A stretch of 64,000 nt of DNA from positions 186,001 to 250,000 of the forward strand of contig NW_027252702.1 in assembly GCF_044704955.1 (NCBI RefSeq), read 5' to 3'. Positions 13,210 to 27,100 of this stretch are shown here, piece by piece. Origin of the DNA: Pristiophorus japonicus. Lineage: Eukaryota. The notes below the pieces were generated by a model. That model was not told the origin of the DNA, searched no databases, and saw only the letters and a program-made list of their open reading frames with translations. Each line of letters begins with the position of its first letter. Positions within the stretch are counted from its first letter, which is position 1. The position numbers were made by a program, and so were the translations under genes.

Positions 13210-15676
13210 AACATTGCGTTGCATATTGATTGGGCTAACGAAACTGGTAGCAATGCGGTGGAGGAGGATTTCCTGGAGTGTATTAGGGATGGTTTTCTAG
13301 ACCAATATGTTGAGGAACCAACAAGAGGGCTGGCCATCCTAGACTGGGTGATGTGTAATGAGAAAGGACTACTTAGAAATCTTGTTGTGCAAGGCTCCTT
13401 GGGAAAGAGTGACCATAATATGGTAGAATTACTTATTAATATGGAGAGTGACACAGTTAATTCAGAGACCAGGATCGTGAAATTAAGGAAAGTTAACTTC
13501 GATGGTATGAGACATTAATTGGCTAGAATAGACGGGCGAGTGATACTTAAAGGGTTGACGGTGGATAAGCAATGACAAACATTTAAAGATCACATGGATG
13601 AACTTCAACAATTGTACATCCCTGTCTGGAGTAAAAATAAAACCGGAAAGGTGGCTCAACTGTGGCTAACAAGGGAAATTAAGGATAGTGTTAAATCCAA
13701 GGAAGAGGCATATAAATTGGCCAGAAAAAGCAGGAAACCTGAGTACTGGGAGAATTTAGTCATACAGCAGAGGAGGACAAATGGTTTAATTAGAAGGGGG
13801 AAAATAGAGTATGAGAGGAAGCTCGCTGGGACCATAAAAACTGACTGCAAAAGTTTATATTGTTATGTGAAGAGAAAAAGATTAGTGAAAACAAACGTAG
13901 GTTCCTTGCAGTCAGATTCAGATGAATTTATAATGGGGAACAAAGAAATGACGGACCAGTTAAACAAATAATTTGGTTCTGTCTTCACGAAGGAAGACAC
14001 AAATAACCTTCCAGAAATACTTGGGGACCGAGAGTCTAGTGAGAAGGAGGCACTGATGGAAATCCTTATTAGGCGGGAAAATGTGTTCCGGAATTTAATG
14101 GGATTGAAGGCCGATAAAGCCCCGAGGCCTGAAAGTCTGCATCCCAGAGTACTTAAGGAAGTAGCCGTGGATGCATTTGTGATCATTTTATGTCGTCTAT
14201 CGAGACTGGATCGGTTCCTATGGACTGGAGATTAGTGAATGTAACACCAATTTTTAAGAAAAGAGGAAGAGAGAAAATGGGTAATTACCACATCAGTATT
14301 GGGTAAAATACTGGAATCAATTATTAAAGATGAAATAGCAGCACATTCGGAAAGCATTGACGGGATCGGTCCAAGTTAGCATGGATTTATGAAAGCAAAT
14401 ACTGCTTGACAAATCTTCTGGAATTTTTTGAGGATGTAACTAATCGAGTGGACAAGGGAGAACCAGTGGATGTGGTGTATTTGGACTTTCAAAAGGCTTT
14501 TTACAAGGTCCCACACAAGAGATTGGTGTGCAAAATTAAGTACATGGTATTGGGGTAACGTACTGACGTGGATAGAGAACTCTTTCGCAGACAGGAAGCA
14601 GAGAGTCGGGATGAACGAGTTTTTTTCAGAATGGTAGGCAGTGACTAGTGGGGTGCCGGAGGGCTCAGTGCTGGGACCCCAGCTATTTGCAATAAATGTT
14701 AATGATTTGGATGAGGAAATTGAGTGTAATATCGCTAAGCTTGCAGATGACACTGAGCTGGGTGGCGGTGTGAGCTGTGAGGAGGATGCTAAAAGGTTGC
14801 AGGGTGATTTGGACAGGTTAGGTGAGTTGGCAAACGTATGGCAGTTGCTGTATAATGTGGATAAATGTGAGGTTATCTACTTTGGTGGCACAACCACGAA
14901 GGCAGAACATTATATGAATGGTGGCAGATTAGGAAAAGGGGAGGTGCAGCGAGACCTGGGTGTCATGGTTCATCAGTCATTGAAAGTTGGCATGCAGGTA
15001 CAGCAGGCAGTGAAGAAGGCAAATGGTATCTTGGTCTTCATAGCGAGAGGATTTGAGTAGAGGAGCAGGGAAGTCTTACTGCAGTTGTACAGGGCCTTAA
15101 TGAGGCCTCAACTGGAATATTGTGTTCAGTTTTGGTCTCCTAATCTGAGGAAGGACGTTCTTGCTATTGAGGGAGTGCAGCGAAGGTTCACCAGACTGAT
15201 TCCCAGGTTGGCAGGACTGACATATGAGGAAAGACTGGATCGACTGGGCCTGTATTCACTTGAATTTAGAAGTATGAGAGGGGGATCTCATAGAAATATA
15301 TAACATTCTGACGGGACTGGACAGGATAGATGCGGGATGAATGTTCCCAATGTTGGAGAAGTGCAGAACCAGGGGACACAGTCTTAGGATAAGGGGTAAG
15401 CCATTTAGGACTGAGATGAGGAGAAACGTCTTCACTCAGAGAGTTTTAACCTGTGGAATTCCCTACAGCAGAGAGTTGTTGAGGCCAGTTCATTGGATAT
15501 ATTCAAGAGGGAGTTTGATATGGCCCTTATGGCTCAAGTGATCAAGGGGTATGGAGAAAAAGCAGGAAAGGGGTACTGAGGGAATGATCAGCCATGATCT
15601 TATTGAATGGTGCTGCAGGCTTTAAGGGCCGAGTGGCCTGCACCTGCACCTATTTTCCATGTTTCTATTTTTCTAG
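13210..15676 (+). mobile_element. 5'-truncated CR1 LINE ORF2, frameshifted
   Basis: ORFs 13207, 13594, 14641 and 15085 (EEPTRGLAILDW, GVPEGSVLGP, LADDT, EYCVQFW); CR1 3' tail near 15650. Confidence 0.9.
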
Positions 15677-15679
15677 AGT

Positions 15680-16850
15680 ATTGGTTAATGGACACAAAAC
15701 AGAGAATAGGGGAAAATAGGTCATTTTCAGGTTAAAAGGCTGTAACTAGTGGGGTGCCGCAAGGATCAGTGCTTGTGTCTCAGCTATTTACAATTTATAT
15801 CAACGACTTACTTGAAGGAACCGAGAGAAATGTATCTAAGTTTGCTCACGTTACAAAGCTGGATGGGGAGTAAGCTGTGAGGAGGCCATAGAGAGTCTGA
15901 AAATATATATACACAGGTCAGGCGAGTTGGCAATACGCTGGCAGATCGAATATAAAGTGGGAAATGTGAGGTTGTATACTTTTTTAGGAAGAATAGAACA
16001 TCAAGTTAATTTTTCAATGTTGAGAAACTATTAATTGTTAGTGTTCAGAGAAATGTAGGTATCCTCTACAGGAAATACAGAGATTTAGTATACAGGTAGA
16101 GTAAGCAATTTGGAAGCCATTGGCCTGTTGACCTTCATTGGAAACTGGTTGGAGTAGAAGAGTGAGCAAGTCTTGCAGCAATTGTCATCGGCTTTTGTGA
16201 GACCTCACCTGGAGGACTGCGTGTAGCTTGTATTTATATAACTCATTTCAAGACCACAGGACATTCCAACGCGATTTGCAGCCAAATATCGTGATGCTCT
16301 GTCACTGTTGTAATGTACAAAATATGGCAGCCAATTTGCGCACAGCAAGCTCCCATAAACTGCAATGTGATCATGACCAAATATACTGTTTTACTGATGT
16401 TTCTGCAAGAAAGGTCGAGTAGATTTATTCCTGTGATGAGAGGGCTGTACTGTGATGATAGATTGAGTACATTGCTGTTTAGAAGAATGAGAGATGATCA
16501 CATTGAAACATACAAGATTCTGAGGGGATTGTCAGGGAAGATGCTGAGAGGATGCTTCCCTCGGCTGGAGAGTCTAAAATAAGTTATAGTTTCAGGATAA
16601 GGGATCAGCTATTTAAGACAGAGAGGAGGAGGTCTTTCTGCACTCAGAGGGTTGTGAATCTTGGGAATTCACTGCCCCAGAGGGCTGTGGATGCTGAATC
16701 AAGGCTGAAAGCGATATTTTTAGAATCTAGGATAATGTAGGAATGTGGGGACCGGGCAGGAAAGTGAAATTGTCTGATTGAATGGCGGAGCAGGCTCGAG
16801 GGGCCACATGAGCTACAGCGGCTCCTAAATCTTAAGCTATTACGATGTTA
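15680..16850 (+). mobile_element. Older CR1 RT/3' fragment interrupted by a SINE
   Basis: gtggggtgccgcaaggatcagtgct; continues after a SINE at ~16226-16405 through to the 3' UTR. Confidence 0.7.
16226..16405 (-). mobile_element. Shark SINE 3' part (DeuSINE/SacSINE1-like)
   Basis: cttgtatttatata...ggcagccaatttgcgcacagcaagctccc, shared with copies at ~35210, 44290, 55960 and 63020. Confidence 0.6.
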
Positions 16851-16999
16851 AGAAGATCTTTCGTCGGAAAAAGTTTTGAGGGACATGTTGGTCAAGCGGG
16901 TAAACGGATTTGAGATACAGACCAGGCACGATCTAATTGAATGCAGTCCCTGGCTCTAGGATCTGAATGACTCAGTCCTGTCCCGATGTTCCTATATTG

Positions 17000-18228
17000 C
17001 AGCAGCGAGGTCGGGAGGTCCAGTTCGGCAGCGAGGTCGGGAGGTCCAGTCCGGCAGCGAGGTCGGGAGGTCCAGTCCGGCAGTGAGGTCGGGGGGTCCA
17101 GTCCGGCAGTGAGGTCGGGAGGTCCAGTCCGGCAGCGAGGTCGGGAGGTCCAGTCCGGCAGTGAGGTCGGGGGGTCCAGTCCGGCAGTGAGGTCGGGAGG
17201 TCCAGTCCAGCAGCGAGGTCAGGGGGTCCAGTCCGGCAGCGAGGTCGGGAGGTCCAGCCCGGCAGCGAGGTCAGGGGGTCCAGTCCGGCAGCGAGGTCGG
17301 GAGGTCCAGCCCGGCAGCGAGGTCGGGGGGTCCAGTCCGGCAGACTGGTCGGGGGGTCCAGTCCGGCAGACTGGTCGAGAGATCTAGTCCAGCAGCGAGG
17401 TCGGGAGGTCCAGTCCGGCAGCGAGGTCGGGGGGTCCAGTCCGGCAAGGAGGTCGGGGGGTCCTGCCCGGCAGCGAGGTCAGGAGGTCCAGTCCGGCAGG
17501 GAGGTCGGGGGGTCCAGCCCGGCAGCGAGGTCGGGAGGTCCAGTCCGGCAGCGAGGTCGGGAGATCCAGTCCGGCAGGGAGGTCGGGGGGTCCAGCCCGG
17601 CAGCGAGGTCAGGAGGTCCAGTCCGGCAGGGAGGTCGGGGGGTCCAGCCCGGCAGCGAGGTCGGGAGGTCCAGTCTGGCAGCGAGGTCGGGGGGTCCAGT
17701 CCGGAAGACAAGTCAGGAAATCCAGTCCGGCAGCGAGGTCGGGAGATCCAGTCCGGCAGCGAGGTCGGGAGGTCCAGTCCGGCAGCGAGGTCGGGAGCTC
17801 CAGTCCGGCAGCGAGGTCGGGAGATCCAGTCCGGCAGCGAGGTCAGGAGATCCAGTCCGGCAGCGAGGTCGGGAGCTCCAGTCCGGCAGCGAGGTCGGGA
17901 GATCCAGTCCGGCAGCGAGGTCGGGAGCTCCAGTCCGGCAGCGAGGTCGGGAGATCCAGTCCGGCAGCGAGGTCGGGGGGTCCATCCGGCAGCGAGGTCG
18001 GGAGCTCCAGTCCGGCAGCGAGGTCGGGGGGTCCATCCGGCAGCGAGGTCGGGAGCTCCAGTCCGGCAGCGAGGTCAGGGGGTCCATCCGGCAGCGAGGT
18101 CGGGAGATCTAGTCCGGCAGCGAGGTCGGGAGATCCAGTCCGGCAGCGAGGTCGGGGGGTCCATCCGGCAGCGAGGTCGGGGGGTCCATCCGGCAGCGAG
18201 GTCGGGGGGTCCAGTCCGGCAGATTGGT
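17000..18228 (+). repeat. CpG-rich 26-bp minisatellite (CGGCAGCGAGGTCGGGAGGTCCAGTC), ~47 copies
   Basis: Directly visible tandem array with gagatc/gagctc/ggggtc variants and some 24-bp units. Confidence 0.95.
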
Positions 18229-18578
18229 CGGACCCGAGGCCAAACCGTCATCGGTTGGAGAGAGATTGGGAAAAAAATGCAGCAGACCCTGCGATTGGAG
18301 AGTAGGTTATTGTTGGGCCCGGGGAGGCGGGGTACAGTGCCAGTAGTATATGGTCCAACTCACAAACTGCTCCAAGCTCAATATGCTCACCTGTACCGAG
18401 TTTCCTGAAAACCAGGGAGAGGGGACCTGAGTGAAGGAGGGAGGGGGTTAATGGGAACAACACTTGCCATTGGACCAAGGCCTTGCTCTGTAAAGTTAGT
18501 GTGGTAGCTGGTGTGCAACGCCAACCGATGGTAAAATAATTCATGCACGGTCAACTACCACCTTCGAAGAAGATAGTA

Positions 18579-18613
18579 CTGCAGTAGCAGCAATTGCTCA
18601 CTAGATGGCGGGC
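18579..18613 (+). promoter_or_regulatory. Candidate CTCF site with upstream module
   Basis: CTGCAGTAGC-agcaat-TGCTCACTAGATGGCGGGC resembles the CTCF core CCACTAGATGGCGC plus a TGCAG upstream motif. Confidence 0.45.
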
Positions 18614-19683
18614 ATTCCGTCATACAAAGTGCATCTTCTTGGCACTCCCACACCAGTAATCAAAGATCACAGATTGAGCTGTGGCGACAGTACGACACTT
18701 CACCCGTTCTGCTGGACATCCAGTTAGTTTGTTTTAGCTTCTATTTGAAGGGAGTGAGTTAAAACTGCCTGGTGGGATGATTAAGAAATTCACCAGGATA
18801 CACTTTTGGTATTATTGTATTGCTCAGATACTTGCTCCATTCCAAACAGGAATTTAAACACTTCCAAACTAGCGCAGGTACCACACAGTAGGACTTTCCT
18901 GGGTCTTATTTCAGACCATGTGAAAGGTAAGCACTAGGTTGGTGAAACCGGGTCCAGGTCAATGTGTTCCAATGTGCTCATCAATGGGCGGCATGTTTTA
19001 GTGGATTCCACACCTCTGCTCCTCGCTATTATACTAAATATTACTTATTTGTTTGGTTTCCTGCTGCTTAACATTCGAATTTTAGATAACGTGTTAACCT
19101 CTTTATGTTTAACAGGGCAGAGCCTCCGCCAATATAGCACACAGGCAAATTTCCAAAAAATGTTGAAGGGAATTACTTTGAAGCATCATCATGCTCCATC
19201 GGCTTAACTTCAGAGGTTCTGCCAAGTTACCCTTGCGGACGGGAGCTGCTCCGAGAACATCGCAATATCGGTGAGTTGTTGAGTTAAATGTTCTCCTTGT
19301 GTGGCTCGGTGTCAGATTTTGTATCATAATACTCGTGTGAAGGGGCTTGGGCCGGTTAACTAGGTTAAAGGCGCTATACAAATGCAAGGTATTGTAAAAT
19401 GTACATCACAGGTGTGACCGCTGGCTTTAAACGAGAAGACAGGGGGCACCACGGGAAGGTTTGCAGCATTCGACCAGGAACAGTGCCAAGTGTTTTTTTT
19501 TTAGCTATTTAGTCTGTCTGCTCATGTTTGGGATGTATCGCTGGAAATTACCGATTGAGATATTACTGCAGCAACACATTAGCATGACATCCTTTGAATA
19601 TTGTTTCAATCGTGTTATACCACCACACGATGCTCCCTCCAATGGCCCCGGCCTGCTGATGGTCTTGTAGGGGGGGTGATGGC

Positions 19684-20126
19684 TATGAAGCCAAGTCGCT
19701 GATGGCATCGCGGGCAGGCAAAGCAGGAAGGGCGAAGGAGCAACAGGAGTCCGTAGTGGGAAGTGGCCGGGGCCCAGGAGCAGCGTGAATTTGGGCCCAG
19801 AAGAGGCGAGGGCCCAGGGGCAGCACGGGCCAACCCACACTGTGATATGTGTGTGCGCTCGGTCTGTGCAGCAGAGCTGGTCTCCAGTTAGTCTTGGGTA
19901 ATCCTTGCCACTGGACCAAGACCGAGCTCTGTCAAGTCCGTATGGTGGCTGGTGTGCAACAGTGACCACACGTTAAAACAATCCAAGTACAGGCATCTTC
20001 CATCCTTCAGGTTGTAGTTCAGGATCTGGAATATTAGGTCCTTCATTGACACACCTGTGAACTCATCCCTTTTTCGCTAGAACCAAGTCATCCTCGTGTC
20101 GAAGGACTACCTATGATGATGATGAT
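19684..20126 (+). mobile_element. Non-autonomous repeat with an RTE-like 3' end and (GAT)n tail
   Basis: Ends aagtcatcctcgtgtcgaaggactacctatgatgatgatg. A similar 3' end lies at 35380-35532 and a partial copy at 18463-18520. Confidence 0.55.
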
Positions 20127-21249
20127 TGTTTCAATGGAGGCACAGGCGGTTTAAATCAAGCAGCTTAAACTTTCAAGTAATGGAACAGAAGAGAGCCACA
20201 GAAAGCAGGTAAACCTGAGTCGCGGAATATCACAAGCAGCAATTTCTAGCCTTTATTTCCCCGAAGTTAAATACAGAATGGATTCACTAATTTTAGTTGC
20301 ATTGATTGAGGGATTCACGTCGATAAATTGATGATTGGATTTCTGTCTTATTAATGAATGAATCAATTCATCAAAATAATTACCAGAACATTTAGGCTAA
20401 AACTGAATAATGAATGTCTTATATGTATGAATCTTGTAATAATTATTATACCGCTTCATAATTGGATCGGGTTAATTGACTGGGTTATTTCTCATGTTAC
20501 TGGAACACACCCAACCCCTCCAGCCGTCCCGGTCCATTTAATATCTGATGTAAATTAGTGTGAGTCAGTACGCTGTGTTCTAGACTTAATTTATCTTATT
20601 TGCTCAGGGTGTATAATAAATGAGTTTAATTCGTGAGTATTGTTAACTTGATCATTTAAGAAAATTAAAAGGTGAATAAAAATGTACACTGAACATAAGT
20701 ATTAGATTTAAACTCAGAACATTCAGTCAAAACACATTGAATACATGGTGCAAATTACATTTATTATCTTCTAATCCTATGCAATGACAGCGTCGAAAAG
20801 TAACTTATGATAAAACAGTGTTATTACATTCAAAACAATGCGGTGCATAAAATCTATTGTTTTAGTTTCCACGATTAGCAATTGGACCCACTGTTTCTGA
20901 CACTTTATTTGAGACAAATCACGGCAAATAAGATTATGTCAGGAAAGGGTATGAAGGGATATGGGACCAAGGCGGGGCTCAGGTAGAGATCAGCCAGGAT
21001 CTAATTTAATGGCGGCACAGTACCGAGGGGCTAAATGGCCTATTCCTGCTCCTCGTGCCACTATATTACGTTAAGAACCAAAATCGGTCCTAATATCACA
21101 GTTTCACACATTTAACAATGGAATTGTTGACAACATTACAATCCAGGGTTTTTCATGCAATTAGATACATGGGCAGATCTATGTTGCAGCTGTGGGCAAT
21201 GATGTTGCACTGGCTCTGATGGTGGTTCTCTCTGCTCGTTATATAAGGC

Positions 21250-21750
21250 CTGCTTTTACCAGCAGAGGATTTTTATAAAACAACAAAATAATTGTTTAAC
21301 ACTCATTTATATTTTAACACCCATAAGTTTATTTTTTAGCCCCGTTAAAAGAAATTTTTTTAAATTCTAAGAAATATTCTTTTAAAATATTTAATGAAAT
21401 GTCACTTTAATTATTTAAAAACATGTAATTTGTTTTTAAAATGTGTTTCATATGTTTGAGTATTTTGGGGGGTATTCTCATTCATACTTATGGCAGCTCC
21501 ATTTAAACAGAACTCAGCAATCGATATGGATCGGGATACCACTACATTCCTTGGTTGGGCTGGACCGTGTGAATCCAGGGGCTCTTGCGAAACACATGTG
21601 CTCCCAGGATAAGTGGGCCTCTACGCAGGCCTCCCCATACAAGCCCAGGACAGCACCTTGCCCAACCTCCTAGACCATCATTTCATAGATGTTTCGCACA
21701 TCGGAGGCATCCGCCCGCGTGAAGCCTCCGACCAAAATTCAACCCCCTAG
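21250..21750. repeat. AT-rich interspersed (MITE-like) repeat; related inverted copy at ~36900-37160
   Basis: tttttagccccgttaaaa...ggggtattctcattcatac matches the reverse complement of ggaaataaccttaaaatac...tttaaaggggctgaaaaa. Confidence 0.45.
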
Positions 21751-22569
21751 TTATCAATCTGTTCAACCATAAACTTACTTCAATGCACTTTTTGCCCACA
21801 GGAATTGGCTGCACCCTCTATGCTGTCTACGGGCCGTGACTACTCAAATTTCACGAGGAAGACTTACAACTTGGACGTGTGTCCACGACCTCAGGAAAGT
21901 GGTAGGACAATTTCCCTTGATACCTTACCCAGCGACATCGTGATCACATCTTGAACAAATAGCCGGCATAAGAAACACAGCTGCTAGTCCAAGATTCTAC
22001 TAACATATAGTAAAACATACAGACTTTCTCCACTAGACCCCGCTGAAACTTCGTTGGTCTCAGTTTTGTGCCATGTGATGTAACAAGGGAGGGATGTGTC
22101 AGTACTGTGTGTTTGTCCTCACTCGCCCCTGTCCCTATAAAACACAGGTAAATCTCATCTACTCTTTATCCCCTGTCCTGGGGACCTTTCTGTTATTCAA
22201 ACTGCACCACAATTATTTACAATTCCACTTAATTCTGCAATGACTAAATCTTAGATAATCTATCAACACATTTAATAATCCATTTAAAAATCCAATTTCA
22301 CAATTGGAGCCAAGAAATTTCAGCTGGGGTTGTGTCGCCTGGGATCTTTAAAACGATCCACGCGATTCCGCCGCAGTTCACGTGGTGGTGGAACCATTGT
22401 TGGAGCAAATAACAGACTTGACTTTAGGAGCAACATCACTCAGTGACAGACTGGTGGGATATGGGCCTTCACAACAGGCTGTAAACAGCGATACACAGAA
22501 TGGGCAGCAGTAATAAACATATTCATTTCGGGAATGGTGCACAGCATTGAATGGGACATTGTCGTTCGT

Positions 22570-24720
22570 TTAATACAAAAGCAAAATCACATGAATAGTG
22601 CCAATCTGTAATACAAAGAGAAAATGCTGGAAACACTCAGGTCAGGCAGCGTATGTGGAGAGATAATCAGATAGCAAGAGTTCCTATAGGTATATAAAAA
22701 AGAAAAGAGTGGCTAAAGTAAATGTTGGTCCCTTAGAGGACGAGGCCGGGAACTAGTAATGGGGAACATGGAGATGGAAGAAACTCTGAACAAATATTTT
22801 GTATCAGTCTTTATGGTAGAGGACACTAACAATTTTCCAACAGTGGATAGTCAAGGGGCTATAGATGGTGAGGAACTTTACACAATCACAATCACTAAGG
22901 TGGTGGTATTCAGTAAGATAATGGGACTAAAGGCAGATAAATCCCCTGGACCTGATGGCTTGCATCCTCGCGTCTTAACAGAAGTACCAGCAGGGATTGT
23001 GGATGCATTGGTATTCATTTACCAAAATTCCCTGGATTGTGGGGAGGTCCCAGAATCTGGGGAAAACTGAAAATGTAACGCCCCTATTTAAAAAATGAGG
23101 CAGACAATAAGCAGAAAACTATTGACCAGTTAGCCTAACATCTGCAGTTGGGAAAATGTTGGAGTCCATTATTAAATAAGCAGTAACAGGACAATTGGAT
23201 AAGCAAAATTCGGTCAGGCAGAGTCAGCATGGATTTATGAAGGAGAAGTCAAGTTTAACAAATTTCTGGAGTTTTTTGAGGATGTAACGAACAGGGTGGA
23301 TAAAGCGGAACCAATGGATGTGGTGTATTTGTACTTCCAGAAGGCATTTGATAAGGTGCCACATAAAGGGTTCCTGCACAAGGTAAAATTCACGGGGTTG
23401 GGGGATAATATATAAGCATGGATAGAGGATTGGCTAACAAACAGAAAACACAGAGTCGGGATAAATGGTTCATTCTCTGGTTGGCAATCAGTAATTAGTG
23501 GAGTGCCGCAGGGGACCCAACTATTTACAATCTATATTAATGCTTTGGAAGAAGGGACCGAGTGAAACGTAGCCAAGAGTGCTGACAATACAAAGATGGA
23601 AGGAAAAGCAATGTGTGAGGAAGACACAAAAAATCATACTGCATCTCCCAAATTTTTGCCCACTCAATTAGATTGTCTTTGTCCTCAGGACATGGACATA
23701 GGCTGAGTGAGTAGGCAAAAATTTGGCAGATGGAGTATAATGTGGGGAAGTATGAGGTCATGTTCTTTGGCAGAAAAAAAAAATCAGAGCAAGTTATTAT
23801 TTAAATGGAGAAATATTGCAAAGTGCCGCAGTACAGCGGGACCTGGGTGTGTGTGTGCATGAAATACAAAACGATAATATGCAAGTATAGCAAGTGATCA
23901 GGAAGGCCAATGGTATCTTGGCCTTTATTACAAAGGGGATGGAGTATAAAAGCAGGGAAGTCTTGCTGCAGCTGTACAAGGTATTGGTGAGGCCACACCT
24001 GGAATATTGCATGCAATTTTGATTTCCATGTTTACGAAAGGATATACTTGCTTTGGAGGCAGTTCAGAGAAGGTTCACTCGGTTGATTCCGGGGATGAGT
24101 TGGTTGACTTATGAGCAAAGGTTGAGCAGTTTGGGCCTCTACTCATTGGAGTTCAGAAGAATGAGAGGTGATCTTATCGAAACGTAGAAGATAATGAGGG
24201 GACTTGACAAGGTGGATGCAGAGAGGATGTTTCCACTGATGAGGGAGACGAGAACTAGAGGGCATGGTCTTACAATAAGGGGCCACCAATTTAAAACTGA
24301 GATGAGGAAGAATTTCTTCTCTCTGAGGGTTGTAAATCTGTGCAATTTGCTGCCTCAGAGAGGTATGGAAGCTGGGACATTGAATAAATTTCAGCCAGTA
24401 ATACACAGTTTTTGAGCGATAAGGGGTTATGGGACGCGGGCGTGGAAGTGGAACTGAGTCCATGATCGGATCAGCCATAATCTTATTCGATGTCGGAGCA
24501 GGCTCGAGGGGCCGTATGGGCTACTCATGTTCCTATTGTTTATATTCTTATGTTCTTATGTAATCCGACTTAACGTTTCAACTCGAAGACTTTTCTTCAG
24601 AACTGGAAAAAGGTTGGAGATGTAACAGATTTTAAGCAAGTGCAGGAGCAGGTAAAAGGGGGAAGGGAGGAAAGAATAAAATGGAAGTTCTGTGATGGGA
24701 TGGATGGCAGGAGTGACTTC
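22570..24720. mobile_element. Penelope-like repeat fragment (22570-22668 and 24560-24720) split by a CR1 insertion
   Basis: aaaatgctggaaacactcaggtcaggcagcgtatgtggagag continues as ttaacgtttca...cagaactggaaaaaggttggagatgtaacag after the CR1. Family call by recognition only. Confidence 0.45.
22670..24560 (+). mobile_element. 5'-truncated CR1 LINE, (TTCTTATG)n-tail subfamily
   Basis: KSPGPDGLHPR ORF at 22759; RT motifs; tail attcttatgttcttatg at 24544. Confidence 0.88.
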
Positions 24721-25742
24721 ATGACAATCAAGCTGACAGAGGTGTGCTTCTAAGCGGAAATGTGATTACATTTTTGGCAAGCCGTATATTCTAGTAAATC
24801 TTGGCTGCCGATATTGTTTAGGTTAATGTACATACAGCAAATTCCCTCAAATGTGACGAGAGGCAAGTAAAACTGGTGACTTGATTCGGTTATATTCTTG
24901 GATGTGAGAATGTTGGCCAATGTATAAGTCCCCAGCTCTGCAGCGGCTGATACGGCCTGGTTTTATCGATTCAGTCGATTGACGGGGCACGTGTGAAAAT
25001 GCAGCCCTCCCCCAGTGCTGCACTGGTCATATCAAACTTAAATCTAGGAGGTGGTACTGGAGTAGCCCTTGATCCCACCACCTGATTGGTCGCTCCCTTG
25101 CCTTTGGACCAATCAGCGAATCTGACAGGGGGCATTGACCTTACAAAACTCACATACTTCTAGCTAATTGTTTGGGAGATCAATCATAAAGCTTCAGCAA
25201 AATGAAAGTAATATTATAGCGAAAGGTTTTAAAATAAATGCTTAATATTTCTGAAGGTCACCTGGTGCTGTGGTTATGAATATTCGGAGAGGGCGTCGTT
25301 CATTAATCTGCTAATAAGTTGGGCCTTTATCCAAAGTGCAGCGTTTGAATGTAATATTACATCGATTCAGCGAATTTTCCTGCAGTCACGGTAAATTTCA
25401 ACCTATCCCTCCTGGACATTCGGTTGTTTCTCCTCAGTTTATATTAATGGATTCTGCGGCTTTTTCCCAACTCACTGGTTTGCGACAGTTAGGCGGAATT
25501 CTAAATAGCACGGACACTCAACGAAGCAGGAATAAGAAATGAGCAATAAAAGAAAAGGAATAAAACAGTTTTGTTGTTTGGGTAAGACCATACAGGAATA
25601 CGAGATGAAGTGGTGCAGTGCAGCAGCATATAACGGGGAGGGAGCGAGCGAGGCAATGTAGTCCCGTCTGTGATCAAGCTCCGACAGAAGTTCCCGTAGA
25701 AGCATTGCTATAAGCCGCAGGAGCCTTCTGGCCAAGCGGCCT

Positions 25743-25751
25743 CTAGTTCAC
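25743..25751 (-). CDS. IgNAR: Candidate IgNAR TM2 exon (codes V-N-stop, giving cytoplasmic tail KVN)
   Basis: Minus strand tactcac...ttctgttgtgtccactgcag|GTG AAC TAG; phase 0 matches the TM1 donor. It is the only TM2-like acceptor I found downstream of TM1. Confidence 0.6.
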   Translation of the reverse strand: MN

Positions 25752-26962
25752 CTGCAGTGGACACAACAGAATGATAAACCAGTGAGTAACAGAGTGAGGT
25801 GATGATGTGTAATCTGAATAGTCACACGTGTGCAATGTTAAACAAGATGATGGACTTCTGCGTTGAAATATGAGGAGGTTTTTGCATTTGGGCAGTTAAC
25901 CTCCAGAAATGAATGGCCACACCCCGAAGTCCAGGCAGCCTCACAAGTCGCGTGTCTCCCTGAGTGCATAAATCACAAGGGAATCATTCTTATCTCTCGT
26001 TATATCTACAGCAATAATCATACAATTCTCAGAAAAAGGTGAGCATCCTTCTGAATTATCGCTGGACTCCTAGCAAACCTAACATAGTCTCTGTACATTC
26101 CCTAAAAACTCAGCATGGTATTCCAAATGAGATACGGTTGGCGATCTGTTTAACCTGCTATTTATTCTCTCCCTCTTGATCTGTAACCGGGAATTCCATT
26201 AGTCCTTTTGATCATCCGTTTCCTTTCAGTGACACACTGACCTGAGCAATGACATTGCTTGTTCATCTTTATATCTCCCTAGAACGTCGCCATTTCCATG
26301 TTATTCCCATCTACCACTCTTACATACAAAGTGCTCATCCTCACACGTTTTTGCAGTCAGCAGGATTTGTCATCCATCAACCACACGCATATTGCATCTA
26401 TCTTCTTTTGCAATTGTCTGATGTATTCACGATCCAATGTACCTCTTTGTTTAGTATTAACAGTAATCTTGTATAGACACTAACTTTCTCCTTATTCTTC
26501 CGGTGACGTGATTACAGGTATACATCTCACATTCTGAGTCAGTTTATTCATTTTCAATTTTAATGTCATGGCCAGATTTTAGGTGATACTTTGATTTAAC
26601 ATCAGCAATATTACAGGTAAATATCAAAACCTACGGCTATGTCAGGAACAGAGAGATGCGCTAGGTTGGAGCATAGATCTTTCACTGTCGTGCAATTAGA
26701 GGCAGTGGGGAGATAATAAAAAGAACTACAGCATTATTAGTGGTTGTAATGTGTAACTACAACGTGATACGTGTAGATGGAGAATCTAAATTTCAAATTT
26801 GGAGTTAGGAATTTATGATGCCAATAGAATAATAAGGGAAAATGTATAACCTAGAAAAGGGAAATGAATTACATCCTTACAGGCTGGTCTCATTGTCCGC
26901 AGCGATATTTCCATGAAGGCAACACTTGCTCTCTAATCATCCTGTCGAATGCCATCGGAATT

Positions 26963-27100
26963 CTATATATGTGTGTGTTTGAGAGAGATAGAATCAGATA
27001 GGTAGATAGATTGATAGACAGACTGATAGACAGACAGACAGACAGTCAGACAGTCAGACAGGCATATGGATAGATAGGTTGATAGAAAATAGACAGACAC
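26963..27100. repeat. Compound TA/TG/GA/GATA/GACA microsatellite
   Basis: tagatagattgatagacagactgatagacagacagacagacag. Confidence 0.85.

Noticed and set aside
16986-18087. Long ORFs, or a CRISPR-like array, in the 26-bp repeat
   Set aside because: Head-to-tail units without unique spacers in eukaryotic DNA; the ORFs simply translate the repeat.
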